DNA of 58,415 nt, the filler included, from Catajapyx aquilonaris (Eukaryota): NCBI GenBank assembly GCA_000934665.2. It is 4 parts of 4 records of this genome, joined end to end, with 100 filler letters (N's around TTAATTAATTAA, not from the genome) between each part and the next. Parts side by side here need not be neighbours in the genome. Positions count along the whole stretch, not along the records: positions 1 to 14,538 come from JYFJ02007749.1; 3 more parts are not named here. One strand, given 5' to 3'. A program made the position numbers and the translations under genes. The notes beneath the pieces were generated by a model. It ran no database searches. It had not been told where the DNA came from and worked only from the letters and a program-made list of their open reading frames with translations. This document shows positions 1 to 14,638 of this stretch, in pieces (within the stretch, counting starts at the first letter, position 1; each line of letters starts with the position of its first letter).

Positions 1-1072
1 GGGGGGGGGAAGCTGGCTACGTCACTGTTGTGTGTTGATGCCCTGGGACTTATGACAAAGTGAAACATGACAATGTTATCTGGGTGTGTGTCTATAAGTC
101 AATCTGTAGACCGCCACGTTGCTTTGGTGGGAATCCAGAGAGTAAAGATTCTGATTCCGTGATATTCACCCGATTCACCAAAGTATGGTTGCTGTGTGCC
201 TGTGTCGTTAGAAATGTATAATCGAAAGATCCTATCGGGCTGGAGAGTTCTGAACTGCAAGGACACGTCTGGAAGATGGGCGGAATGTATTTCCCTTCCT
301 CGTTGAAATGCGACCGCATTAAAGAAAAGGAGGGAAAGATTCATTTCTCTGGCAGATAAGTTAGTCTCTCACACCTTTTCCAAAATCAAAGGACACAATC
401 ATATTACTGTGGGGATAGCTTTTTGTCGATGTTGCCTATCTTGCTACGTCGCGTCGTTATAAAGAAGTGTAACAACCGGCGATGTGTGGGCTATATTCAG
501 TTCTTCTAGATCGCCGCGCCTAATATTCCCCCCTAGTTGCGCCCGGCCTATAACGAAACGTAGCTTGCGTCTCTATATCAAGTAACAACGTCCGTCTGAT
601 AGAATGCTCATCAGGCCTTACTGCCTGAGTATTGTCCGCCTTCCTTATCATGGGGTTTCGTATCCATCTGGAATGTTAGTGATTGACTGCATCCAGTCAT
701 TCAAAGGTTGCAGAACATACGTGTATTTTGACGCCGAGCCGTAACGAGCGAAAGAAACGTCAACGGCATGTATACGGCGGTATACGGTGTCAGAAGGTGC
801 ACCTATAAGGGAATTGGATTGCAGCCAACCTAATAAGAAATGAAGTTGTGTGATAGCAATAATGGGTGGTTTTGCGTGTGTGGCGGAATATTTCTTTCTC
901 CTTCGCCAGTTGCGTTGTTAACGTCACGTTTATCAAAGATATTACCTTTTAATATTAGTTGCAGCGCCTGATTCTGCTGATCGTTTGAAAGGAATCGGGT
1001 TTGCGAAAAAGGAGGTTTTGTAACTACTTTTAGATGCCAATATGACTGTGCCATTGGGCCATATATTCAGTA

Positions 1073-1232
1073 CAGTGTTCGTCATATATCGAGGCAACCG
1101 CCAGCGACATTTTCCGAAGCGGCAGAAGAAGGAACCTTGCTCGCCCGGCTTGAAGTATCCTTATCTTCGATTCCTTCTTCTGCCGCTTAGGAAAATGTCG
1201 CTGGCAGTTGCCTCGATATATGACCAACACTG
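1073..1232. mobile_element. Hairpin MITE, Tc1/mariner-type
   Basis: TA|CAGTGTT...AACACTG|TA; ~60-bp near-perfect inverted arms around a short spacer; TA target-site duplication (TSD). Confidence 0.8.
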
Positions 1233-1434
1233 TACAGCGCATAAGCAGCGTATGAACACTACTGATGTCTGGGACATTCGGCTGAACATTACACGTTCAG
1301 TTTGATGTTTTCGCTTGATGCAGGAAATGATGTGACCTACTGTAATAAAATAAATGGTTTGAAAGGCATGTAATGAAGGGCACACTTGTCCGAACAATAT
1401 TCTTAGAAGTAATCGGTTGTCCCGTATTCATATA

Positions 1435-2167
1435 CAGGGTGTCCCTAAATGATTGTCAACTTTTGAAAGTTGCTTAATTTCTATTAGATGCGGTGTGCAA
1501 TGACAAGACATACATAGAACGAAAGACCACATTTGGGAGTTTTTATTGCACACAGAAAAGTTGGTTCCGCACTTTGACGCGAGGCACATAAGGCCATTCC
1601 ACAAAATGGTGTCTCCCGAACAGAAAACGTTCCGTGTCCTGCAGTTTGCAAAGCTTGGTTCGGTAGTCACTGTTCAGCAGGCCTTCCGGCGACAGTACAG
1701 ACGACGTTACTCCCCTCCCTACAATAATTCAACGGTGGTTCCAGAAGTTTCAGACGACAGGATGCCTTTGCAAGGGCAAGGTTCGGCGGATCGGACATGC
1801 CGGTCAGCAAGATCTGGTTTTTCTCCAGTGGCCGCCAAGGTCTCCCGACCTCACCCCATGTGACTTTTTCCTCTGGGGGTATATGTAAAGGACCAGGTCT
1901 TCGTACCACGGCTACCTACCAGCCTGTGTGAGATGAAACGCAGGATTGTTGCTGCTTTGGAATCAATCACACCAGACATGCTGGCCTGAGTAGAGAATTG
2001 GACTATCATGTCGTGTGACGAAAGGTGCTCATATTGAGCACTTGTAGTGTGTGCAATAAAAACTCCCAAATGTGCTCTTTCGTTCTATGTCTGTCTTGTC
2101 ATTGTACACCGCAACTAATAGAAATTAAACAACTTTCAAATGTTGACAATCATTTAGGGACACCCTG
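1435..2167 (+). mobile_element. Internally deleted Tc1/mariner-superfamily transposon
   Basis: ~118-bp TIRs starting CAGGGTGTCCCTAAATGATTGTCAAC, TA TSD. Encodes an N-terminal HTH remnant (MVSPEQKTFRVLQFAK...VVTVQQAFRRQY) joined to a C-terminal WPPRSPDLTPCDFFLWGYVKDQVF...GAHIEHL; most of the catalytic core is deleted. Confidence 0.9.
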
Positions 2168-2691
2168 TACATTCCCAATGAGACATGCTCCACCTATTTA
2201 CGAATCTCTTTCCATAGTGCACTTTGAGAGGCGCTGTCCATCTCAGGCAGAACTTCCTGCAGGTTATAACTGCGTGTCGCTCATAGACTGATGTGTGAGC
2301 TCTTTGTTAACTGGCACCTATAGAGCAAAGTACCATGATGGATTTCGTTGGCATGAATTACTGTGATTCCCAGCACCACTTTCCAGGCGGGATGTGCAGC
2401 CTTTGCGCAGTGTTTTCGGGATTGAAGTAATGAAATCATTCTCTTATACTGGAAAAACATGTTCCAGAAAATGATTCAGTAGATTATCTTGTCAGTCATG
2501 GAAGGCTACAGGCTATTTTGTCAATAAATAATTGTGGTCGCTTCCCCCCATGTCATGGGTTCGTCACGCTTTGAGCTTCATTAGATATAAATTACTTGAC
2601 AAATAAAGTGATGTTGTTACATCACACCGGATACCACACACATTACAATGTAGTGCGTATACAGTACGTATAATATAAATACAGAGTCAAT

Positions 2692-2988
2692 ACCGAAGCA
2701 GTTTGGTGGAGTGAATAAGGTGTTCGACTGCTAATCGGGAGGTCCTGGGTTCGAGTCCCGGGGCCGGCAATCCTAACTGTGGTTTTCTGTGATTTCCCAC
2801 GGTCCCCCCAGGAGAATTCCAGGATTGCTACCTAAATAATAGGCCACAGCCGATTCCTTCCGTCCTTATCCTATCCCAAAAAGCAAAGTAAATGAAAGCA
2901 AAGAGTTCCAGTCGAAACAAAATTGGGATGAACTCCCCCCCTAAAGAGCCGCCGGCTGATAACGGGGTATGAATTATTATTATTATTA
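2692..2988 (+). mobile_element. tRNA-derived SINE, family A
   Basis: A-box-like TGGTGGAGTG, anticodon-like GACTGCTAATC, B box GGTTCGAGTCCC, (TTA)n tail, imperfect TSD ataaat[a/g]cagag[t/c]caat; second copy at 10555-10853. Confidence 0.85.
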
Positions 2989-5900
2989 TAAATGCAGAGT
3001 TATTATAAATGCAGAGCCAATAATATATATTATGTATTTCGGGTCGACAGTATAGTAAAGAGTGTAACAAACGCTTCTGTCATGTACTGTACATAGATCT
3101 TCCTTCCACACATGGGCACCCTGGAGTGAGATTTTAGCAGACAGAGGCAGGTGTTGGGTTATTTTAAGTTTTGCCGCATTTGTGACTTCCCTGATTACTG
3201 ATGACCTGCTGAGCATCGAGGGCAGAATAGTATGAAGAGAGGTTAAATTATCACAAAAACTGCAAAGTGAACGGTTAACGGTTAACGATCTACTAGTCGT
3301 AAACATGGTCACGATAGGTTCGGTGCCTTTGATGGGACAGTCCGGCTCTCGGTCCGGCTCTTTTTATCAATTCCTTCATCACGGCAAGGGTCGTGAGGAA
3401 CCACCACAGTATATGTTGTGGGCATTTATTTTGTAATATTCAGGTCTCGTGTGTGAAGCTGTTTGGCCCTACCTGTGGGGACCTAAAATGTCCCCACAAT
3501 TGCGTCAACGTCCCCAGAGTTACAGTAACACACCTGTTTCAGTCCCCACACCTTATTGAAGACAAGAACAGCCCAGCAGAAGGATCCCGCCTACCACACC
3601 TCATTGGTATATCGAACAGCTGCATGCAGGCTGCATGTCTTGCAGGCACTTCCGACTGCGCTCTTCTCGATTCTGCAATAGTTGTTCTACAGTTACAGTC
3701 AGGGGTGGAAAAAAGAACCGCTTCCTTCCAAGGAAGCGGTTCTTTTTCCATTCCTGGTTACAGTGCATCACACGCTCTCGTAGCTTTATTAGCACGATTC
3801 TTCTGTCCTATATTCTCTTATCGATGCATCAGGCGTTATTCAGCTCCATTTCTACTATTCCTACGTCGTATATAGTAGCACGTAATTGCAAAGAATACAA
3901 CCAGGGGCGTATTTATATTACGGCGCGGCGTCACTTCAATTGATTATTGGCATCGAAAAGGATATGACTTGTGACAAAAGTAAATCGAAATAATTGAGTC
4001 GCTTTCCTGGTCTAAACACATCACTTTCATGGCGCGTCACGAGCATGAATACATTTCTGACGTTAAGGCAAAGCCGGTTTCAGGAGTGAGCTCACTTGAA
4101 ACTGGAAGTAAATAACTCACCATATTCCATTAGCAGAATGCGCATCATACGAAATATTTAGGAGTGACGTAAGACACATGTTCATGTGTCTCATCAAATC
4201 TTCCGCTTTCCTATATTGAACTCTACTGCGATTGCATAATAATCAGGCATACGAATAATAAAATAATAAAACTAATAATAAAAATCTTGAAAATAAATAT
4301 CCCTGAATCCCAAATGAAATCGATATATCATACGAAGTTCCGGAATACTGGCCGTTTACTGCGAATTATTCGCAATCTAAAGATAAATATTCAGTATAAC
4401 ATGTTGAATAACCGATGAAGAGATTAACACATTAAAGTTTTTGTCTAACTGTGAGTTGTATTATGGGACAAAGACAATGCCGGAATAGTTTGTGAGGCAT
4501 GGAGGAACGACACCTGACGTTGACATTTTTTTGTTCCACCTGATACGAGGCGAATGTAAATGTTTACCAGTGCAAGTGACATACAGCCTTGTCTAAGTGA
4601 ACACTACTTTCTACATGATGTGCTGTGAAAGATATCGTCTTGCCCATCACATCTCAGCATTGTAACACTTATGCAGTTTTATCTAAAGTCATGACTGTAT
4701 CCTCTCTATCAGCACCAACGATTAGTTGACGGACAGTCGGTATATTGCAATGACACAGTAGGCCTATCAATGTTGATTGCAGTATCATTTCTGTAATATT
4801 ATAGATCTTTCCATGGCAAATCATCTGCGAGAATGAGAAAACCCATATTCAATATTGTTAAGAGAGTTTCATATGACATTGTCGTCATTCCTAATGAAGA
4901 CGCAGTGTGACACAACGACAACAATGTTGATCTCATTTGACCCTTTTAAAAATCACAACTCGTATTGACTTCCAGGGCATCAGCCGTGATTGGCTGCAGC
5001 AGGCTTGGCAGTAGGTCATGCTGTAACTCGTTGTGCACTTGTAATGGAGGTAATTATCCGGTTTCATTGATTGGTATAGTCCCCGACGCCATTAAGCATT
5101 TGTCACGATTAATTCTCCGTGTTTTCTGAGTCAGACATGCGAGAATCGGCACACTGTGGTCTGTGAACCTCCAGTATAGCTTACTCTCTGTTCACGCCAC
5201 ATTTTGACTGTGTAGGTCGTGTAACGTCGTTTTGTGTTCAGGATTATCCGCAGTTGTTGTGCAATATGCCCTTCGTACTTGATGTCTTCCTATGTACCTT
5301 CCATATTTCATCTATTTGGAAGGAACGAGTACAGACGGTATTCGTGTCTCCAGACCGCGTGCTGTCCAGCATCCTGACTGGTCGTCCATTTTAATACGTA
5401 TATTATCAGTGATTAAAGTCGCCGCAGTTAACATACCCGTATTTATGCAGGCGTGGTCAATGAGTGTGCACTATTCGATAGCTACAGTGGAGATCCGCTT
5501 CATAATATAGTGTCTCGTAAGTGTGAATTACTTGGCAGTTTTTCAAAATAAAGCTACTGTAGTTGGAAATGCTTTAACTGCAGCATCAGCTAGTGAGTTC
5601 CTCACAGTCTGTCTTCTGTTTAATGTCAGAGTGGCCGAGTGGTCTAAAGTCTGTCTTTTATTTCTGCTTGTGTCAACAGAACAAAAATGTTAGAAATGAA
5701 GCAGTTGGGCATAATTGGACCAGTTGCACCATTTCCAAAGCCGACTGATTATCTGGTGTCGAAGAAATGGCAGGGAGACGTCCCAGGACAGACAGCGAGG
5801 GATGGCAGGGTGTGAATGGGTGGGAAGATGACAAGGGCTGTTTGGGGAACCCAGTTTATATAGTGTTCTGTAAAGGGCTTCGGTTATAAAGACATTTTTC

Positions 5901-6350
5901 TCCAGTATGTGTATGTCCGGCTTGATTAGATTCTTTCAGGAGATTGGTGGATGGAGGGCTGCAAATCGACATCCGCCGTTGTAATATGGAAATATTGAAA
6001 AATCTCCATTAAAGGTCTGCCGTTATATTTCCATTGGCAGCACTATAATCAATTCAGCACGAGAACTTTGACCCTGGAGTCGCTCCGTCCATGACGGTCG
6101 TTAGTATGTCTTCTAAAATCAACGGAGTAGTAACGCATGGAAATTCTTGTAGTTTTGTCATGACTCTGTCCCTTGTCGTTATGCACAGAGCAACAGGATG
6201 TGAAGCATAATACTGTAATTACAGGAGGATTGTGAGCACTCCAGAAATGGTGCAGGTATCCTGCCTTGAATACTGTATATTGCAATATTATTGCCTCAAT
6301 ATATTGAGAACTGTATCAAAATATTAATAGCCTTATGTTCTTCTTCCTTA

Positions 6351-6660
6351 GGCTGGGTTCACACTAGGCGTTTTTGTCGCCTGCGACTTTGTTGCCGCGT
6401 TTTCGTCGCTGACGCCTCACGAGGTTCACACTAGGCGTTTTTGTCGCGCGTTTTGCTTCCCCTACTGATGCAACCCGAACAGCGTTGCCAACCTGACCCT
6501 TAGCAACTACCGTTCCACAATAGTCAAAATTAAACACTTTTCACGCGACTTTGTCGCCAGGTGTGTCTGACCCAACTTATTACCATGTGTTCAGTTTTCA
6601 GCGACTTTGTCGCGGCGTTTTTGTAGCGGCAGCAAAAACGCAGCATGCTGCGTTTTGCGA
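6351..6660 (+). mobile_element. Partial PIF/Harbinger-like MITE end
   Basis: TTA|GGCTGGGTTCACACT terminus; GGTTCACACTAGGCGTTTTTGTCGC occurs twice and TTTGTCGC motifs recur; no matching right TIR found. Confidence 0.35.
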
Positions 6661-9600
6661 CGACCAAGCAGGAGAGAAGCCGTGGTGTGTCATGCCCCTT
6701 ACACGATTTCATGTGTCATTATACAAGTACATTGGCAATATTACTGGAAAATATTTAAAAATAATATACCATTTCGCCTATACACCTTGTCAAAGGTGAG
6801 GAGTTCACTAGTAGTTGGTGTCCCTTGCGTGAATGAACTTTCCAAGCACTTTTTATAGTCCGTCTTGTGGGTAAAAAGAGGCGGTATGCATAGTCCCGGT
6901 GGTGCGGGGTTGACTGGCCCATGCTTTTCTGATTTCCTAAGGGGATCCTGGTCGTACTGAATTTATTATCGTTCTTACTTTTATGTCTCATTCATTCTCT
7001 CCAGGCGTATTTCCTTTGCCAGGTAGTCTCGTTTCTTTTCGATTTCATGAAATAGCGGTGTATGAGGAGCCACTTGATGCTGCGCTTCGTCGTCCTCGTC
7101 TGTCAATTGCTGGGAAGCCGGAATGACAAGCAGAGGACAAGGATGGAGCTCTTGTCTCGTCAAACTTCACCACCAGCTGGGTGCACTTCCTTCCCAGTCT
7201 GACAGCATTATTTTATATTTAGTTGTGGTCGTACGTTAGAAGCATATTACGTAGTATATTCCATCAAGTCAGTCTTGCACATCTATATTGTATCCGTATT
7301 GCCATTGGAGCCGCAGAAAATATGAATAAAATATTGTACAATCTGGGCTTTTCCCAAGGCAATTAAAAGGCCCGCTTTCCAGAAATGTAGCTCTCATTTT
7401 TGGACTATTCGGTAATTAAAATATTTTAACTATTCGACCGTATAGGGACAGTGGGCTTGGTCGCCTTGACCATAAAATATACTGTATGCTATAGTCTCGG
7501 AGAGAGAAAAAACTTAACCCGACTTAAACACTATTCCCATCTCTTTAGTGATTCATTATTACTGTGTATAATACTGTACTTATAGATCTACGTGTATTTC
7601 CTCCACATGCTTCAGGAAAATGATTTGATTAGTGTTGGCCATGAGAGTTATCCTGGAATTTTATTAGATGATTGCGATGCCCAAATGACACGTCGAAGGA
7701 AGGATTATTTTGACAATGTATAGTGCAGCCTATGGGAAGAAAAGGCCAATATATACGCAAGGCTTACGACTGTCGAGAGGCACATTAGTCCGGTGGTGCA
7801 CATTTTGTTCTCATGGGTGGCACTGCCAGTATCCGATTCGGTATAATTATACTGGTCATTTGTGGTCATTTCGAGTCAGGAATATCTGCTGTCCGGATGT
7901 TGGTGTTATACGGCTTGGTCCAATGGCTACCAGAGAGATGACAGTCTCGGTGCAGTTTATCTTCTCAGCTACTCCCTTTCTGTCGCCCCCAAGTCCCAAC
8001 TTTGGTGTCACTGCGACCAACCAGCACCACCAGCTGCCTGTGATGAGCTTTTCATCTGATGCAGAGAAATGATTGTGTCGTATTGCATTGTAAATAAATG
8101 GTAGGCCAGGTTATGGACGCCATCTGTGCCTTCATTAGCTGAAGCATTAATCTCACACCTGTGGTACAGGAATACATCTGGAGCAGTGCCAATCAGAGAC
8201 ATATAGGGAGGAATGTTGCTGTCCATATTATATTACAAGGTAGGGGTCGAATGGTGACGTGAGGATGCACTGAATCTGTCTGTTATGTAGGCTTCGTGTA
8301 GTGTGACACTCCACGTCTGGTTTAGTGGTATATAGCTAGGAGACCAATATTACCCAGTCGCCCTTACCTCGCATGCCAACTTCGAATGAGCTAAAACAGA
8401 AAGACAAAAACAATTCGGGAATAATTATACTGTAGAAGCAGGTACATTATACGGTCTGCAAAAAGCCCGAAAACTGATGGGAAAGGTACGGAGATGCATC
8501 AAAAACCGAGACATTTACACAATTTAAAATAAGCCCTATAATAATAGGTTATAATAAAGGTTATGATACCATGTTGGATCAATGCAGGGATAACTCGTAT
8601 GTGAGGCTTGTGGAAAACCATGGAACATTATTTTGACTGGTATTATCATCATAAGAATGTAGCATGGCAATGGCCAGTTATATTATGTACTGCAATGGTC
8701 GGATACTGTCAACAGCTAGCGGTAACACAACAATCTATTAATCATTCTGCCTGAAACTAATGTTATACTATTTAATATGTACAGAATCACTACTAACTTA
8801 CATCCTTGGGATGGTATGGATGATAGAATACAGACAATCATATAATAATGAGGAAAACAGAGAAGGTATTCCAGCACAAGCACCAGTTGTGGCGGGTTGT
8901 CCGGGTTCAGTTGTGGCTGGTTAAGTTGAGGAAATACTGTACTTGCGGTATGATCATAATTATTACGGTATCGCGAGGCAAGAGAACATACTTGTAGCAG
9001 GATCAGACCAGGACAGGGGGAGGGGGGAGGTGGCAACTAATTGTCCAGACGGTATTCCTTGCATCTCTGTAGGAAGTCGCCTTCTTGTTGTAGGCGGACC
9101 TTGCTCACTTCTAACTGCTGAGTATAGGCGGCTTCATAGGAGGCACCGGTAATCAAAGGAGGAACTTTGTTATTTTGTCCGGCACCAGCAGTATGTAGTT
9201 ACGATGCTGCTGCGTGACCTGCCACAACTACAGCGCTGGCCACACACACACACCGCCAACAGTGTGTTTTGATTTAAAGTCTTGAGACTTGATCTTCCTG
9301 TATTCAAAGCTCACAACAGCCAATCTGCCTTGAAATCCTCCAATCCCTTCTTGTCACTAAAGGCACTCACTAATGGTGTCACGCACCGTCGCGTCGTCGC
9401 TTCTTGGAGCAGTCTCTCATCTGCTCTCATCTCCTGACAGCAACAACCCCGTATATAGATGAATACCCTTTCACTATTCATACAGTATTCTGTTCCTCTC
9501 AGTGTTCGAAATTAGCCGGTAGCCAGTCGCATTTCGCGACTGGAAGTTATCTATTGGCGACCAGCTTATTCCTTATTTACAGTATTTTGTCCGTGTCACA

Positions 9601-10554
9601 GCAGCCTACTCGTAACAAATTGTATGGCACGGTACTCTTAGGAAGTAAATTTTTAGTGTCACACACTATTGTAATGGTAATAGCACTAGTTTCTTAAGAT
9701 TATTTCTAAATATAGCTAATTAAAACTGGTTACTTAAAGCCACTAATGCCGAGCCCCATTTATGTCTGCGGTGTCTGTGGTGCCCAATATATTAACCATG
9801 GTCATAGATATGACAAACTTATAACTGCACTGATGTGATCTGTGTTTACTGTATTTACCGTGTAGAGTAATGAGTGAAATGTGCTTCTGAATTGTGAGAC
9901 ATATTAATATTGACACAAACCATGGTAATTGTTGCGGAGAGAAGCTCCCCCAAGGGATAAATGGTACCCTCGTGTTGTTGTGCACGTCAGCGTCAGTCCT
10001 TACAATCATTCAGATCCTTACAGAAAATGAGCAAAGGTGGTGCTTGCCAGTAGGCCAATCAGTGACACCAGGGATTCTGCATGAGAAAAGACCTCGCCCG
10101 TCTGTCCTATGACTCTGTCTCGGCTGAGTCTTTTACCTAATTCAAAATACTGCTCGATAAAGCTTAATAGTCATTTATACCATGCACTTATTTATATCAC
10201 TTCACTGAGCACTGTCTACATGCAGGTACACATTTAACGTATCAATGAATAATATCGTTCCGAAGTATAATTATCAGATAATTTTGCTACATACGGATGC
10301 GTTTATGTCGTTTTCGCCAGACCTATAATAAACCAGTTTCCACACTGCTGGTGAACAATCATGAAGACACTAGACTCACTATTATGGACGGGTTTCTGCA
10401 AGAAAAACGTATCAGGAGTGACTAATCCTTGAGCTTGTGGAGGGATTACTCGCGCAGCTTATCTTCCATAATAATGCCCCGGTCAGGGCATTTTATTTCA
10501 TGGCTCTTCATTTTGCAGCCAATGGGCGTGATGGGTATAGTTGGGTACAGTTGT

Positions 10555-10853
10555 AATAATAATAATAATAATAATAATTCATACCCCGTTATCAGCCATC
10601 GGCTCTTTAGGGGGGAAGTTTGTTTTGCCTGGAACTCTTTGCTTTTTCATTTTACTGTGCTCTTTGGGATAGGATAGGGACGGAAGGAAGCGGCTGTGGC
10701 CTTTTAATTACGGAAGCAACTCCGGAATTTCCCTGGAAGGACCGCGGGAAACCACAGAAAACCACGGTCAGAGTTGCCGGCCCCGGGATTCGAACCCAGG
10801 ACCTCCCGATTAGCAGTCGGACGCCTTATCCACTATTCCAACCTGCTTCGGTT
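10555..10853 (-). mobile_element. tRNA-derived SINE, family A (full length)
   Basis: Reverse-complement homolog of 2692-2988 with a (TTA)n tail; perfect 17-bp TSD TAGTTGGGTACAGTTGT at 10538-10554 and 10854-10870. Confidence 0.9.
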
Positions 10854-12884
10854 TAGTTGGGTACAGTTGTTAGAAGGGTGCCCACTCCGATGCCGGAGTT
10901 GGGATGAGAGGGTCTACATTATTGGCGAAATGGCGAGAAAGGCGAGTCGCCATTAGGATTCTAAAATGCTCGTTTCTAAGGTATAGCCTACAGTAGGTGT
11001 AGGTTCCATTGTTTCGGCAGACAAAAATTCTCTCCCATTATTCTGCCAGCGGGTATACGTCAGCTTGGACACTCTTGTCTGCACAAGTCGGACACGTGCA
11101 TTTCTGACATGTCCGGCAGTGCCTCCTTATCATGTCACCTATTCCTTGTGGAGTGTTGATTATCACAAGGAGTGATTGTGTCCTCTCCTTGCAGAGTGGG
11201 CATGGGAATTCTTCACCTCTCGTAAATATCGTCAGTGGTATGCTGATTTTGCCGGTCCGCCGCGCTCTCTTTATTCTCATTTATTTATGATAATTATTTC
11301 AGCTCGTCCAGTCATGTCCATCTGTTCCAAAGAAACTGAAGGAATGATGGCCGCATATTATTCTACCACAGTGTGCATTAAGACTGATGCTGTTGCAGGT
11401 GGGACGATTGCGCCGTACAAATCATCGCTTTTATGTTCCAACGGCCCAGGATTTTGTTGAAGATACCCATTTAAATGGCAAGCAATACGCTATAATACAC
11501 AATATTTTACGCGAAATTTTGAATAAGCGCAGGTTGTGCAGAACAATGCGTTTGGTTTGTTAATTGCACCTCACAGCGTCATCTGAGAAGGTCAGCTTTG
11601 CTCCCCGTCTGCTCCTCTTTAGGACCATCTCATGGGCACTCTCTATAATCAAAAACAATGAAGTTGCTACATGAAGTCGACACGGTCCATGTTCTCTGAA
11701 GGATACAGTCACTTGGTTATGTCGGAAGAGGGGAGGGGAAAAGAAATTGGTTAGATGCTTACCCCTCCAATACTCCAGCTTTCGGGTATTTGAACAAAAT
11801 AAGAGAGAATTTCATAATGTTGATCGCATTAATTAAGGCTCATTCTGGTGCAATTAGAGCACTACACCGTCCCAGTAATTTGGGGAATTTATAATTCCAC
11901 ATGGGGAGGGACATACTCTGCATATCGTCGACTGCTGCTACAATACAAGTTTTGAGAAGGTTTTGAACGTGACAAGACTTGAGTTTGAGGTATTACATCT
12001 GCATAAAATGTGCATACAATGAAGAAAACAGGACGTTAATGATTCGTAAGTGACTGAAATGCATATAGTAAGGCTAACAGTGTCGGAAGCACATATCACG
12101 AAACCTGCACGCCTTCTGACTGTAAGTTGTGGATCTGTTCCAACGTGTGAAGATAAATTAATAATATTTTCTTATGAGAGTAGCAGTTCAGGTTTCAATC
12201 CAACTTCTGAATGTGCGGAGGAATTATTTCATATATTGCTGGACTCAGGATGTGTGATACCTGCGGACTCTGGGTGTCAATAATAATTGAAATCATCATC
12301 TATTTCCCAAGGCGAAGTTTGTACAAAAAAACGCAGGGTGATCGAGCTAATAATGATCTTCGTGGCCATCAGCGATCTTTTGGGACTGCTGATATAAAGT
12401 GATATCATCGTTTACAACCAGCTACTCTTGCTTAGTTACTTTTCGTGCCGATTAACAGTATTGCATGATTCTAATAATTATTCGACCCTCAATCCGCAAG
12501 CTGTAAATTGCAATTAATTTACAACTGGGAATGTTCCATTTTAGTACATTTTTAAAAGGATGGTTATGTGCAAGCAACCTCATATTAGCAGCTAATAGTT
12601 TATGTGCCTATGATAATTATTTGGTTTATAAGATTACCTTTACATAACGGCATAATATGGTGTGTTATTGTGTCCTGGCCCACACGTCTAATGCCATAAT
12701 ATTTGGTTAATATGCCATCATAATAATTATGTCCTGGCCGTCCTGTGAGAGCATCTTGTAATTCTAGTGTAATCTTATAGTTATTACACACCACTGGATT
12801 CACAGTTGTCAATTATAGCTGTAATAAGTGGTCCAGGCGATGCAAGTGTCACGTGCTGCCTGCCTAATAAAAATGATGATGATG

Positions 12885-12886
<2 letters not shown>

Positions 12887-12960
<74 letters not shown>
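12887..12960. repeat. (AAT)n microsatellite preceded by (GAT)4
   Basis: Direct reading of the sequence. Confidence 0.95.
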
Positions 12961-14538
12961 GGCAGCACGTGACATTATACTATGTAGGTATGGATAATGG
13001 ATGATTATGCAAATTATTATCAACTGAGAGGCCTTCCATGTGATGATGAATGATAGCTGCAGACGCTGTGAATTGAATAGATGCAGTAGGACCTAGGACA
13101 CCCTCAGTGGCATCACGTCACATCTTCGTGTAAAATGGCATGTATACTAGTTACGTGCCACAGAATGGCTTCTGGCGCCAAGCAGCCACCTCGTGACTCT
13201 AGCCTTGCTTCCCAGGTCATGGTAGCAGGGTCATTAGGTCGCAGGTCGCTCTCAGCTGGCATCACTGGCATGGCATGGTACCAGGTGAAATGTAATGTTT
13301 TTTGTACTCTGGAGGAACGGAGAGTGAAAGGAAATTCACTCTTTTTAAAACCACTGGAAGAGCATGGGAGTAATTATTATTCTGCACCTTGAGAATCCGA
13401 TTATAGTACGTCATATTTACATGTTCTGATTGAAAGGAGAGCTAGCATGGAATATTATCAACAGGTCAGACCCGATGCTGCTATACAATTGAGTTGCCGC
13501 ATAATAGTGGAATTGTCAATGGTGGAATTATGATGCCTCTTGTGTCTGATACGCGTGATTTATCTGGGAAGTGTCTTGTTTGGGTTCGGATCGTCTCAGG
13601 ATTGGTCCAGCTTCGGAGTCACCGGAGTCGGAGTCGGATCGACTGTGTACAACCCACTTAAGATTCGGCGACATTGCTTGCCGTCCATCCTTACAGGACA
13701 GAGCATGACTGTGTCGCAGTGCTGCCTGCTCTGGAGGTCCGGTCAGGAAAAGGCAGCATGACTGAAGAGTAATTAATTATACGTACCGGTACAAGCAATC
13801 AGCCCATGTTCTGCTGGATATCTGGTCTATACCGATTATTATTTAATCGTCCGTATTTCACTACAGTTGATAGTTAATTCGTATGTACAGCGCCTCCTTT
13901 CATGCCCTGGAAGTTCTGTATTTCGGTTTTGGAGGTAACGTTATTGTTCTTTCTAACAGAGCGACAGTCGAGTGGTTGCATTCGATTTGAATCATAAAAG
14001 CCCCATTCGTGCCCAGCCACGATTCGCCAAATGAATGATCATACTGCTGGTATATACGTACAGTATGATTGTGTATTATGACGTATAAACATGGAGCCCT
14101 CTCCCCTTCCTCCGACAGTGATATATATAGCTCGTTAATGATTGTGCAGTTCATTAGACTGCTGGGAATGTGCGTTTCATACAGTGCATGCAGCAGGCTA
14201 AATGAATGAAATAATAAGGCCTCGGAAGAATATATTGACAGAATAAATACGTACGTCCGTGGTCACAAATGGAATGTCCAGGTGAAGTTTCGGCTTCTGC
14301 TTACCAGTACCGGTACTTACTCTCGAATGAGTTTTATGGTGTATAGTCCCCAGAGTGATGGTTGGTTTCGGTTTAGGCTGTATGATCCCTGGCCTCCTAA
14401 TAATATATCATAGCCTACAATATTGTGCTGTACGTGCACTGTGGCATTTCGTCTACAGGCAAGGCTTATAGAGACAACTGATAAATAAGGACATGGGGGC
14501 CTTCCAGACGGGCCGACCTTAGCCGCGGCCGGCACCGG

Positions 14539-14638
14539 NNNNNNNNNNNNNNNNNNNNNNNNNNNNNNNNNNNNNNNNNNNNTTAATTAATTAANNNNNN
14601 NNNNNNNNNNNNNNNNNNNNNNNNNNNNNNNNNNNNNN
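14539..14638. other. Artificial assembly spacer
   Basis: 44 N + TTAATTAATTAA + 44 N. Confidence 0.95.

Noticed and set aside
2692..2770. tRNA genes at 2692, ~10780, 15175 and 16410
   Set aside because: The heads are followed by dispersed bodies, tails and in most cases TSDs, so they are SINEs; no complete cloverleaf with terminator
4230..5000. Faint LINE RT-like motifs on the minus strand (LTILNMGFLILA, VMTLDK)
   Set aside because: Many stops and frameshifts; cannot be distinguished from chance without a profile search
9378..9600. TG...CA segment as a solo LTR
   Set aside because: No TSD, no second copy, and no PBS or PPT
11038..11340. Cys-rich ORF (RRHCRTCQKCTCPTC) reminiscent of a piggyBac transposase C-terminus
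   Set aside because: Too short and degenerate; no catalytic motifs or termini found
12784..13023. Poly-Leu and poly-Asn ORFs
   Set aside because: Translation of the (AAT)n microsatellite
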